Assembly: GCA_964016885.1 (NCBI GenBank)
Contig: OZ024762.1
Coordinates: 12,462,001 to 12,526,000 of the forward strand
Direction of reading: 5' to 3'
Origin: Eledone cirrhosa
Taxonomy: Eukaryota
Length of the DNA: 64,000 bases
Shown here in pieces: positions 52,927 through 64,000 of this stretch. The notes under the pieces are model-generated. The model ran no database searches. It had not been told where the DNA came from and saw only the letters and a program-made list of their open reading frames with translations. Positions within the stretch are counted from its first letter, which is position 1. Each line of letters begins with the position of its first letter. The translations under genes and the position numbers were made by a program.

Positions 52927-55210
52927 GGTGTTATGAAGGACATCCTGTTGTAGAGACAGTTCTGTGTGGTGTTATGAAGGACATCCTGTTGTAGAGACAG
53001 TTCTGTGTGGTGTTATGAAGGACATCCTGTTGTAGAGACAGTTCTGTGTGGTGTTTGAAGGACATCCTGTTGTAGAGACAGTTCTGTGTGGTGTTATGAA
53101 GGACATCCTGTTGTAGAGACAGTTCTGTGTGGTGTTATGAAGGACATCCTGTTGTAGAGACAGTTCTGTGTGGTGTTATGAAGGACATCCTGGTGTAGAG
53201 ACAGTTCTGTGTGGTGTTATGAAGGACATCCTGTTGTAGAGACAGTTCTGTGTGGTGTTATGAAGGACATCCTGTTGTAGAGACAGTTCTGTGTGGTGTT
53301 ATGAAGGACATCCTGTTGTAGAGACAGTTCTGTGTGGTGTTATGAAGGACATCCTGGTGTAGAGACAGTTCTGTGTGGTGTTATGAAGGACATCCTGTTG
53401 TAGAGACAGTTCTCTGTGGTGTTATGAAGGACATCCTGTTGTAGAGACAGTTCTGTGTGGTGTTATGAAGGACATCCTGTTGTAGAGACAGTTCTGTGTG
53501 GTGTTATGAAGGACATGCACCTGTAGAGACAGTTCTGTGTGGTGTTATGAAGGACATCCTGCTGTAGAGACAGTTCTCTGTGGTGTTATGAAGGACATCC
53601 TGTTGTAGAGACAGTTCTGTGTGGTGTTATGAAGGACATCCTGGTGTAGAGACAGTTCTGTGTGGTGTTATGAAGGACATCCTGGTGTAGAGACAGTTCT
53701 GTGTGGTGTTATGAAGGACATCCTGTTGTAGAGACAGTTCTGTGTGGTGTTATGAAGGACATCCTGGTGTAGAGACAGTTCTGTGTGGTGTTATGAAGGA
53801 CATCCTGTTGTAGAGACAGTTCTGTGTGGTGTTATGAAGGACATCCTGTTGTAGAGACAGTTCTGTGTGGTGTTATGAAGGACATCCTGTTGTAGAGGCA
53901 GTTCTGTGTGGTGTTATGAAGGACATCCTGTTGTAGAGACAGTTCTCTGTGGTGTTATGAAGGACATCCTGTTGTAGAGACAGTTCTGTGTGGTGTTATG
54001 AAGGACATCCTGTTGTAGAGACAGTTCTGTGTGGTGTTATGAAGGACATCCTGTTCTAGAGACAGTTCTGTGTGGTGTTATGAAGGACATCCTGTTGTAG
54101 AGACAGTTCTGTGTGGTGTTATGAAGGACATCCTGTTGTAGAGACAGTTCTGTGTGGTGTTATGAAGGACATCCTGTTGTAGAGACAGTTCTGTGTGGTG
54201 TTATGAAGGACATCCTGTTGTAGAGACAGTTCTGTGTGGTGTTATGAAGGACATCCTGGTGTAGAGACAGTTCTGTGTGGTGTTATGAAGGACATCCTGT
54301 TGTAGAGACAGTTCTGTGTGGTGTTATGAAGGACATCCTGGTGTAGAGACAGTTCTGTGTGGTGTTATGAAGGACATCCTGTTGTAGAGACAGTTCTGTG
54401 TGGTGTTATGAAGGACATCCTGGTGTAGAGACAGTTCTGTGTGGTGTTATGAAGGACATCCTGTTGTAGAGACAGTTCTCTGTGGTGTTATGAAGGACAT
54501 CCTGTTGTAGAGACAGTTCTGTGTGGTGTTATGAAGGACATGCACCTGTAGAGACAGTTCTGTGTGGTGTTATGAAGGACATCCTGCTGTAGAGACAGTT
54601 CTCTGTGGTGTTATGAAGGACATCCTGTTGTAGAGACAGTTCTGTGTGGTGTTATGAAGGACATCCTGGTGTAGAGACAGTTCTGTGTGGTGTTATGAAG
54701 GACATCCTGGTGTAGAGACAGTTCTGTGTGGTGTTATGAAGGACATCCTGTTGTAGAGACAGTTCTGTGTGGTGTTATGAAGGACATCCTGTTGTAGAGA
54801 CAGTTCTGTGTGGTGTTATGAAGGACATCCTGTTGTAGAGACAGTTCTGTGTGGTGTTATGAAGGACATCCTGTTCTAGGGACAGTTCTGTGTGGTGTTA
54901 TGAAGGACATCCTGTTGTAGAGACAGTTCTGTGTGGTGTTATGAAGGACATCCTGGTGTAGAGACAGTTCTGTGTGGTGTTATGAAGGACATCCTGTTGT
55001 AGAGACAGTTCTGTGTGGTGTTATGAAGGGCATCCTGTTGTAGAGACAGTTCTGTGTGGTGTTATGAAGGACATCCTGTTGTAGAGACAGTTCTGTGTGG
55101 TGTTATGAAGGACATCCTGTTGTAGAGACAGTTCTGTGTAGTGTTATGAAGGACATCCTGTTGTAGAGACCTAGGTAGAAATAGTTCTGTGTGGTGTTAT
55201 GAAGGACATT
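52927..55210. repeat. 41-bp satellite, about 55 copies
   Basis: Unit GGTGTTATGAAGGACATCCTGTTGTAGAGACAGTTCTGTGT. Confidence 0.97.
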
Positions 55211-56056
55211 GAGCTGCAAAAACCAAGGTAGAAATAGTTCTGTGTGAGTAAAATACGATCACCTGATCTGACTTCACAAGGTCAAGACAACCTTTCAAAC
55301 TCATGCCAACAGGGGAAAATGAACATTAAGCGGTTAGGATGATGGTGATTAATACTGATGTGTCACTGCATGGACTCTAATAAAGATAGACTTTAGACTT
55401 AGACTAAAAAACATTTATTTTAATAAATTTTATGGGAGATAACTTCACAATTTTGAAATTACTTGGTTATCTCCCTTGATCAGCTTACATTTTTCTCTTT
55501 TCCGGAATAAATTATGTTGTTACGTAACATTTAATGTCCTCGGAACATCTTTAATAATTTATATTTTTTAATGAAATTTTGCAGAGATATATTTTTAATA
55601 ATGTAGATTACGATTATATTGATTAAATAAAATAATAATAATAATTAGATTTTTTTTAAAAATAATTAGCGTCCGTCCATGCTTTCATTTATTGAATATT
55701 ATTGATTAACGAATCGTATTGTTTACAAATACATCTCGATTGATTTACTAATGTGTGTATATGTGTGCGTGTGTCTTTGTGCGCTTGTATGTACGTGTTT
55801 GTGTCTATGTGTATTTATGTGCGCGTGTGAGTGTGTCTATATATATGTGTGTGTGTGCTTCTATATGTATTTATGTACGTGTGTGTGTGTATGTATGCGT
55901 CTGTATTTGTTTGTGTGTGTGTGTGTCTGTATATATAGGTGTGTGTTTATATATATGTATGTGGCTGGAGTTTAATTATGACTTAATCAGTTTAAAATTT
56001 ATTTTATTTTAAATATTTTAACATTCTTCAATGCTAAGAATGTTTTAATCCCTTTG

Positions 56057-56430
56057 GTGTTGGTGTCATGATAAAATACACCCAGTACACTCTGTAAAGT
56101 AGTAGTGCTGGTGTCATGATAAAATACACCCAGTACACTCTGTAAAGTGGTAGTGTTGGTGTCATGATAAAATACACCCAGTACACACTGTATAGTGGTA
56201 GTGTTGGTGTCATGATAAAATACACCCAGTACACTCTGTAAAGTGGTAGTGTTGGTGTCATAAGATACACCCAGTACACTCTGTAAAGTGGTAGTGTTGG
56301 TGTCATGATAAAATACACCCAGTACACTCTGTATAGTGGTAGTGTTGGTATCATGATAAAATACACCCAGTACACTCTGTAAAGTGGTAGTGTTTGTGTC
56401 ATAAGATACACCCAGTACACTCTGTAAAGT
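56057..56430. repeat. Tandem repeat of about 48 bp, about 8 copies
   Basis: Unit GTGTTGGTGTCATGATAAAATACACCCAGTACACTCTGTAAAGTGGTA. Confidence 0.9.
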
Positions 56431-56805
56431 CGTTAGCGGTTAAATGGAGACAATAAAAGATTCCCTGGTCAGACGCACACACACAAACACAAACACACAC
56501 AGACATACAAAGATTCACACACATACATGGTATGCCCTACCAGTTAATCAGTGCAGATTAACAACAACATCAACAACCAGGATTAACCTTAAGCTATATA
56601 TATACACACACACACATATATACAATTATACACAGCCACACACACACACACATATATATATAATTAACGTTAAGCTACACATGTATATATATACATAATT
56701 GACCTTAAGCTATAAATGTATACACACACACACACACACATATATATATTTTATGATATATATATATATTTTATGATATATATATATATATATATATATT
56801 TTATG

Positions 56806-56837
<32 letters not shown>

Positions 56838-56961
56838 CGTTAAGCTCTAATCTCTATTTGGCAATATCTTAATATGTTCAATAATAAATTATTTTCATTT
56901 ATTTTTAGACTTTTAAACATAAATATATTATCTGGAAGTTTTCCTTTTATAGAGTTTATTG

Positions 56962-56998
<37 letters not shown>

Positions 56999-57249
56999 TT
57001 ATTTTCTTCTAAATTTTTCTTTAATCATTATTAAAAATATATCTACTAAATCATGTCTTTGTCTACCCCCCTCTCTCTTTCTATATATATATATAGAGAG
57101 AGAGAGGGGGAGGACAAAGTCGTCCTAATTTAGTAGATATATGATCAAAGAAAAATATGGAAGAAAATTATTGTAATTGACTTAAAATAACATAAAATAC
57201 AACAAAGATGGCCGAAGTGAGATTAGAGGGAGAAAGCTATGTTAGACTG

Positions 57250-57560
57250 AATAATGGGAGAGGCTCAAACAATACATATCTAAGCCACCTGTGGTAGACT
57301 GGTTAATGACAAAGTCTCAAGCAACATATCTGAGCCAGCTGTGGTAGAATGCATACTGACAGAGGCTCAAACAATACATATCTGAGCTAGCTGTGGTAGA
57401 CTGGATAATGACAGAGGCTGAAGCAACATATCTGAGCCAGCTGTGGTAGTATAGAAATGGACAGAGGCTCAAGCAACACATCTGAGTCATCTGTGGTAGA
57501 CTGGTTACTGACAGAGGCTCAAACAATACTTATCTGAGCCACCTGTGGTAGAATGGACAA
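57250..57560. repeat. Degenerate tandem repeat of about 50 bp
   Basis: GACAGAGGCTCAA.CAA.ACATATCTGAGCCA.CTGTGGTAGA recurs about 6 times. Confidence 0.8.
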
Positions 57561-58399
57561 CTGAAGGTAAAATTGAGGAAATTTAATATTCTGAAGCTAG
57601 AAGAAAATTACAAAGAGAGGATGATACATGTATGGACCCATAACTCCTGGCTGGGTTATAGGGGGCGCTGTATTGACATATAGCATTTCTTGGGCATTTT
57701 AAAACCAGGTGGAGCCCATCTCTCTCCAGGTCTGAATATAGCAGATTTCTTCCAGAGAAGAAAGGAGAGAGGGAGAAATAGAGAGAGAGGAAGAATCGAC
57801 CCCAGTACAAGACTGGTACTTTGTAATAGATAAAAGATAAAGTTGAACTGAGAGAGGAAGATGAAAGAGAAAGAAAAATATTAAACAAGACAAGAAAGAT
57901 GAAGAAGTAAAAAAAAAAGAAAGAAAATGTGTGAAAGGTGAGAAAAGAAAGAATGAAAGAAAGGTGTGAGAGAGAGATGTCGGGAGAGGGAAATGGAGGG
58001 GAAGAATGAGAGAGAGAGAGATGAAGGAGGGAGGGAAGAGTAAAAGAAGAGGAGAAGGATGGTGGTAAGGAGGGGGAGAGTGAGAGAAAAATTGATATGA
58101 AAGGGAAAGAAAAGGAAGAAGGAAAGGAGAGAGAGGGGGAGGAAGAGATAGATGACAGTAAGGAGAAGAGAGAGATAGAAAAAGAAAGAAAGAAAAGAAA
58201 GAAAAAAGAAGAGAGAGAGGTATAATGGTAAGGAGAGAGAGGGAGACAGAGGGGAAGGAAGTGAGAGAGAAGAAAAGGCTAATTACTATAAATAGGTTTT
58301 GTTTATCTTCTAATAAAGTCGTGTGCCAAGCTGTGATTATTCCACCGTAATATCAGACACAAGTGTATCTAAGACTACATTATCCCAAAGAGCCATCGT

Positions 58400-59187
58400 A
58401 TCATCAACACCACCACCAACAGCAGCAGCACAACCAACACAGCCACCACCACCACCACCATCAACACCACCACCAACAGCAGCAGCACAACCAACACAGC
58501 CACCACCACCGCCGCCGCCGCCACCATCAACACCACCACCAACAGCAGCAGCAGCACAACCAACACCACCACCACCACCACCGCCGCCGCCGCCATCAAC
58601 ACCACCACCAACAGCAGCAGCAGCACAACCAACACAGCCACCACCACCACCGCCGCCGCCGCCACCGCCGCCACCATCAACACCACCACCAACAGCAGCA
58701 TCACAACCAGCACACCCATCACAGCCACCACCACCACCACCACCGCCGCCACCGTCAACACCACCACCACCGCCGCCGCCGCCACCACCACCACCACCAC
58801 CAACAGCAGCATCACAACCAGCACATCCACCACCACCACCACCGCCACCGCCGCCACCGCCACCACCACCACCACCACCACCACCACCACCGCCGCCGCC
58901 ACCGTCAACACCACCACCGCCGCCGCCACCATCAACACCACCACCAACAGCAGCATCACAACCAACACAGCCACCACCACCACCACCAACAGCAGCATCA
59001 CAACCAGCACAACCAACAGAGCCACCACCACCACCACCACCACCACCACCGCCGCCGCCATCATCAGCACCACCACCAACAGCAGCATCACAACCAGCAC
59101 AGCCATCACCACCACCACCACCACCACCATCAACACCACCACCAACAGCAGCATCCCAACCAACACAGCCACCACCGCCACCGCCAT
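58400..59187. repeat. (CCA/CCG/CAG)-rich low-complexity repeat
   Basis: Directly visible. Open in several frames on both strands. Confidence 0.85.
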
Positions 59188-59634
59188 CTTGTGTTTTTTT
59201 GTTTTTTTTTGAAATGATGGTAAAGTGTAATTTGAGTGACATTTGTCTGTTGTTTGTATTAGCAGTTGGAGAGGGAGAGAGACTGTCTACACGTGGGGGT
59301 GGGGGGTAGTTTCTTCGTCTGTGTAAAAATAAAATAAAACAAAATAAATAAATAAAATAAAATATTAAATAAATAAGTCTTGTTGTTGTTGTTGTTGTTC
59401 TGCTGCTACGCCCACTTATGGGGGGGGGGGGGCTCCAAGAGAAATTATGCAAGGCGGTACAAGAACCCTTTGGGGCCCGAAGCAGGCAAAGATTTTTCTC
59501 AAAATGGATGTTGTTGTTGTGTGTGTGTGTGTGGGGGGGGGCTTCTTAGCTCTTCGGCCCCTGAACAAAGTACTGGCTGGACTTCCCTCTCATAGGCCCC
59601 GGTTGTGGGGGCGGAGTCCTCAAACACTTCTTTT

Positions 59635-60160
59635 AGTTGGTCCTGTCAGAAGCATCCGTCTCTAATTGATCCAGCTGGATCCTCCAAGTGTGACCAGCCA
59701 AGCTCATGGATGTTATCTAACCATCTTGCTCAAGGTCTACTCCTGGGTCTCCTGCCAGTTGGTTTTGCCTTTAAAAATCTGTCCAGTGATTCTTTCCACA
59801 TGTCCATAGTATCAGAGCTGTGATCTCTCAATTTGGAGAAGTAGTGGCTCTACCCGGAGCGACCCTCTGATCTCCGAGCTATAAATCTGTCCAGCAATTT
59901 GTTACTGAGACATTCTAACCACATGCCCATAGTATCAGAGCTGTGATCTCTCAATTCAGAGAAGTAGTGGCTCTACCTGGAGTGACCCTCTGATCTCCAA
60001 GCTACACTCTATCAAGTAACGTTACTCCAAAGACCCTTCGAAGGAACCCCATTTTGGCTGCTTGTATTCGCGATCGTATTCTTTCGGCCATTATCCAAGA
60101 TTCATGACCATAGGTAAGGGTTGGCACGAATCTGGCTTTTACACCCACTTCTTCCGATCT
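59635..60160 (-). mobile_element. RTE-clade LINE fragment (same family as 49550) with an internal duplication of about 120 bp
   Basis: Reverse complement matches 49550-49820. CATAGTATCAGAGCTGTGATCTCTCAATT occurs twice. Confidence 0.75.
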
Positions 60161-60189
60161 CTCAATTCAGAGATTCAATAAAATATACA

Positions 60190-60290
60190 CAGGGTGTTCC
60201 AAAAAGATGTATACACACTTTGATTACCTGTAACGGCAATATTTATTAGAATGCACAGCCTTTGTGTATACATTTTTGGTGGACACCCTG
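60190..60290. mobile_element. Tc1/mariner-like MITE
   Basis: CAGGGTGTTCCAAAAA...TTTTTGGTGGACACCCTG followed by TA. Confidence 0.7.
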
Positions 60291-60303
60291 TATATATATA
60301 TAT

Positions 60304-60403
60304 ACATATGAAAAGATTCAGTATCCCGACGGCTGAGCTCCGGCCGTTTCGATCTAGCTGTCGAAACGGCCGGAGCTCAGCCGTAGGGATCCTGACTCTT
60401 TTC

Positions 60404-60436
<33 letters not shown>

Positions 60437-60640
60437 GGAACGAGTAGGACCCCGACGGCTGAGCTCAAGCCGTTTCGACGGCTAATTCTGGACTCAATTC
60501 GTCCAGAATTAGCCGTCGAAACGGCTTGAGCTCTGCCGTCGGGGTCCTACTCGTTCCTATTACCCACTCTACTACCCTAAATATTGAGTACTTTGGTGCG
60601 TTATGGTCCACCTGGTTCCTTACCACATTTCCTTCGTTAT
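60304..60640 (+). mobile_element. Hairpin-plus-tail family HT-A: two near-perfect hairpins plus tail
   Basis: Hairpin 60304-60409, hairpin 60434-60560 (60-bp arms, 7-nt loop), tail TACCCACTCTACTACCCTAAATATTGAGTAC...TTACCACA. Confidence 0.8.
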
Positions 60641-62479
60641 ATATATATATATAACAGAGTAAATCAGAGTTACCGACCTTGAATTAGTAATACTTCATGT
60701 AAAAAACAAAACAAAAAACAACTCCCTCCTTCCTCTCTCTGTTAAGTAAGTTGCTTAGTTTAGTCGCCAGATGTCGTTAGTTATGTTTATAGAAAAGTTA
60801 AATTAAACTAACATGGCATCTCTCTGGTCATGTTGACAATGTGGAGAGTTATATATATATATTTATATATATATATTTATATATTTACTGACACACACAT
60901 AGTATAATATAATATAATATCAAATATAATTTAATACATGTTTCTTGCCGTTTACCATTCATTTTACCATTGACAACGATAAACAATTTGGTAGATCACA
61001 TTTTGACCACCATTGACCAAAACATCTGTATTACATCTGTATAACATCTGTATAACATCTGTATAACATACCACCATAAGCAGGACAACTGGAACACTGT
61101 AATATATATACAATATAATATATATACAATATAAGGTAGGTAGCGCAAAGCAAGACCTTATATACATTTATATCCGTTCTCGAGATTTTGTTTGTATGAT
61201 ACGTACATCATATATATACACACACACAGACAGACATATATATATACATACATATACACATATTATATAATGTATATACATATATATACACACACATATG
61301 TGCACATTATATATATGTGTGTGTGCGTACTTATATATATATAAATATATATATACACAATATAAATATATATATGCACATAAAAATATACATATACACA
61401 CACACATATATGCACATTATATATATACAAGAACCCGATATAAATCGGGTTCCCATATCCCTTTAAAAGGCACTCAATACGTTAGTCAGGACTTTCCTGG
61501 TGACTTAAGAATTAAAGAATTTCTAGTCCCGTAGAAGTCACTCCTATAATAAAATGAATACACACACATACATATATATAATGTCTATCCATAACGTATA
61601 TATATATATATGTGTGTGTGTGTCTATAATAAAATATATATATGTATATGTGTGTGTGTGTGTGTCTATAATAAAATGTATATGTATATATATATATATA
61701 TGTCTATAGTAAAATGTATATGTATATATAGTAAAATGTATATGTATATATATATATATAACGTATATGTGTGTGTCTATATATATATATGTCTATAATA
61801 AAATGTATATATATGTATGTGTGTGTGTATATAATTATGGGAGGCGGTGCTGGTTCCAGTCCCATACCCTCCCCATCTCTCTTCCACAGTTTCTAACGGA
61901 GAAGGTTCTTTTTAAAAAATATGTCCAACCTTTCTCTATTTCTCTCTAATCTTTATTATTACTGTCGATGATGATGATGATGATAGGCCTCTTCATTCTT
62001 ATATATATATACACACACACACGTATATTTTTATGTGTGTATATATATATACACACACATATAGTGTTCAGATATCATTAAATTTGGTAAATATATTACA
62101 ATTATCGTCCTAAACAGATCGTTAGAGTTATGTGTATAGGTATGTCTCTCTCTCTCTGTATATATATATATATATGTGTGTGTGTGTGACATACATATAC
62201 ATACATGGATCTCGCCCTCTCTGTATGTGTGTGGATCTCTCCCTCTCTCTCTCTCTTCTTCACAGACCATCCTCCATCCCATATATATATATACACACAC
62301 ACATACACACACACTCTTCATCCCAAACTCGTCATTTCACTCTTTCCACTGCTCTCTCTCTCTCCGCCAAATCCTATCTTTTGGAATCGTCCTGCAACTA
62401 TACAGTTATTAATCAAACTCCACACCTGTCTTGTTACTCATTATAGCTGGTCTGTCTTGCTGGATGTGTCGACAGGTAA

Positions 62480-62827
62480 ACACGTAGATCGATAGACAGA
62501 TAGACACGTAGGTAGACAGATAGATAGACACATAGAAAGGTAGATCGATAGACACTAAAATAGATAGATTCGTAGACATATATAGACGCGTAGATAGATA
62601 GATATATTTCTTTATTTGCCACAACAAATAGATAGATGTGTAGACACGTAGACAAATAGATCGATATACACGTAGATAGATAGATAGATAGTCACATAGA
62701 TAGATAGATAGAGAGACGTAGATAGATATAGTCACGTATATATATATATATATATGTGTGTGTATAGAGAGAGAGAGATGTAGATAGATAGTCACATATA
62801 GATAGAGAGACGTAGATAGATATAGTC

Positions 62828-62866
<39 letters not shown>

Positions 62867-62883
62867 CGTAGATAGATATAGTC

Positions 62884-62914
<31 letters not shown>

Positions 62915-63027
62915 CGTAGATAGATAGATAGTCACATATATATATATATAGAGAGAGAGAGACGTAGATAGATAGTCACATATATATAGAGAGAGAGAGA
63001 GAGAGACGTAGATAGATAGATAGTCAC

Positions 63028-63058
<31 letters not shown>

Positions 63059-63073
63059 CGTAGATAGATAGTC

Positions 63074-63104
<31 letters not shown>

Positions 63105-63960
63105 CGTAGATTGATAGATAGTCACATATATATATATATAGAGAGAGAGAGACGTAGATAGATAGTCACATATATATATATAGAGAGAGAGAGTGACGTA
63201 GATAGATAGTCACATATATATAGAGAGAGAGAGACGTAGATAAATACATATATAGTTAGCTAGAGAGACTGGCATATAAATCTGTAGATAGATAGATAGA
63301 TGATGGAAGGGAAGGAAAAGATATACATAGATAGAGAGAAACACACACATATATATGTATGGGTGTATATGTGTGTGTGTGTATGTATATGTGGGTGTGT
63401 GTATGTGTGTATGTATATGTGGGTGTGTATGTAAGTATATGTGGGTATGTATATGTGGGTGTGTATGTAAGTGTATGTATGTGTGTATGTATATGTGGGT
63501 GTGTATGTATGTGTGTGTGGGTGTATATGTGGGTATGTAAGTAAATGTGGCTGTGTATGGGTGTGTATGTATATGTGGGTATGTATGTATGGGTGTATGT
63601 ATGTGTGGGTGTGTATGTATGTATGTATGTGTGTAAGTAAATGTGGGTGTGTATGTATGTATATGTGGGTGTGTATGTATGTATGTATATGTGGGTGTGT
63701 ATGTGTGTATGTATATGTGGGTGTGTATGGGTGTATGTATGTGTGTGTATGTATGTATGTGTGTGTGTATGTATGTATGTGTGGATATGTAGGGGCGTAT
63801 GTATGTATGTGGGTGTGTGTGTGTGTATGTATGTATGTATGGGTGTTTGTGTGTATGTATATGTGGGTATGTATGTATGTGTGTATGTATGTATGTATAT
63901 GTGGGTGTGAATGTACGTATATATGTATGTATGTGTGTATGTATGTATGTATGTATATTT
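62480..63960. repeat. Compound (GATA)/(TA)/(GA) and (TG)/(TATG) microsatellite tracts
   Basis: Directly visible. Confidence 0.9.
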
Positions 63961-64000
63961 ATGTCAGGTCACCAGTTGGTGCTACTGGTAACATGTATCC

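Noticed and set aside
58323-59452. Pro-rich (+) and Gly-rich (-) ORFs of more than 300 aa
   Set aside because: Open in four frames on both strands, as expected for CCA/CCG repeats, with no clear exon boundaries. A structural-protein exon cannot be fully excluded without RNA data.

Overview
AT-rich, microsatellite-dense metazoan DNA. The SINE types and repeat landscape suggest an octopus or other cephalopod (inference). Two intact multi-exon housekeeping genes lie on the + strand. Rab43 has 4 coding exons (6954-20599, 216 aa). TSG101/Vps23 has 10 coding exons (38861-50203, about 440 aa) plus a probable non-coding first exon near 34.4-34.6 kb. All coding introns are GT-AG and all phases join correctly. 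The rest is tRNA-derived SINEs, CR1/L2-like and RTE LINE fragments, MITEs (Tc1/mariner-, piggyBac- and hAT-like), large tandem arrays (72, 31, 67, 52, 41 and 48 bp units) and microsatellites. Most entries in the ORF track are microsatellite artefacts. The most interesting observations are: (1) several Penelope-type minimal hammerhead ribozyme motifs, three of them in sense orientation inside introns; (2) two families of foldback 'hairpin + shared tail' elements inserted in (TA)n, one carrying a hammerhead-like core paired to its own antisense copy; (3) a TIR-bounded element with two convergent tRNA-like Pol III units; (4) an RTE insertion with a twin-priming-type 5' inversion; (5) a Rab43 intron whose complementary (GTT/GGT) and (AAC/ACC) tracts replace a proximal polypyrimidine tract; (6) a Rab43 C-terminus with CC followed by six residues. 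Everything was read by eye with no database searches.
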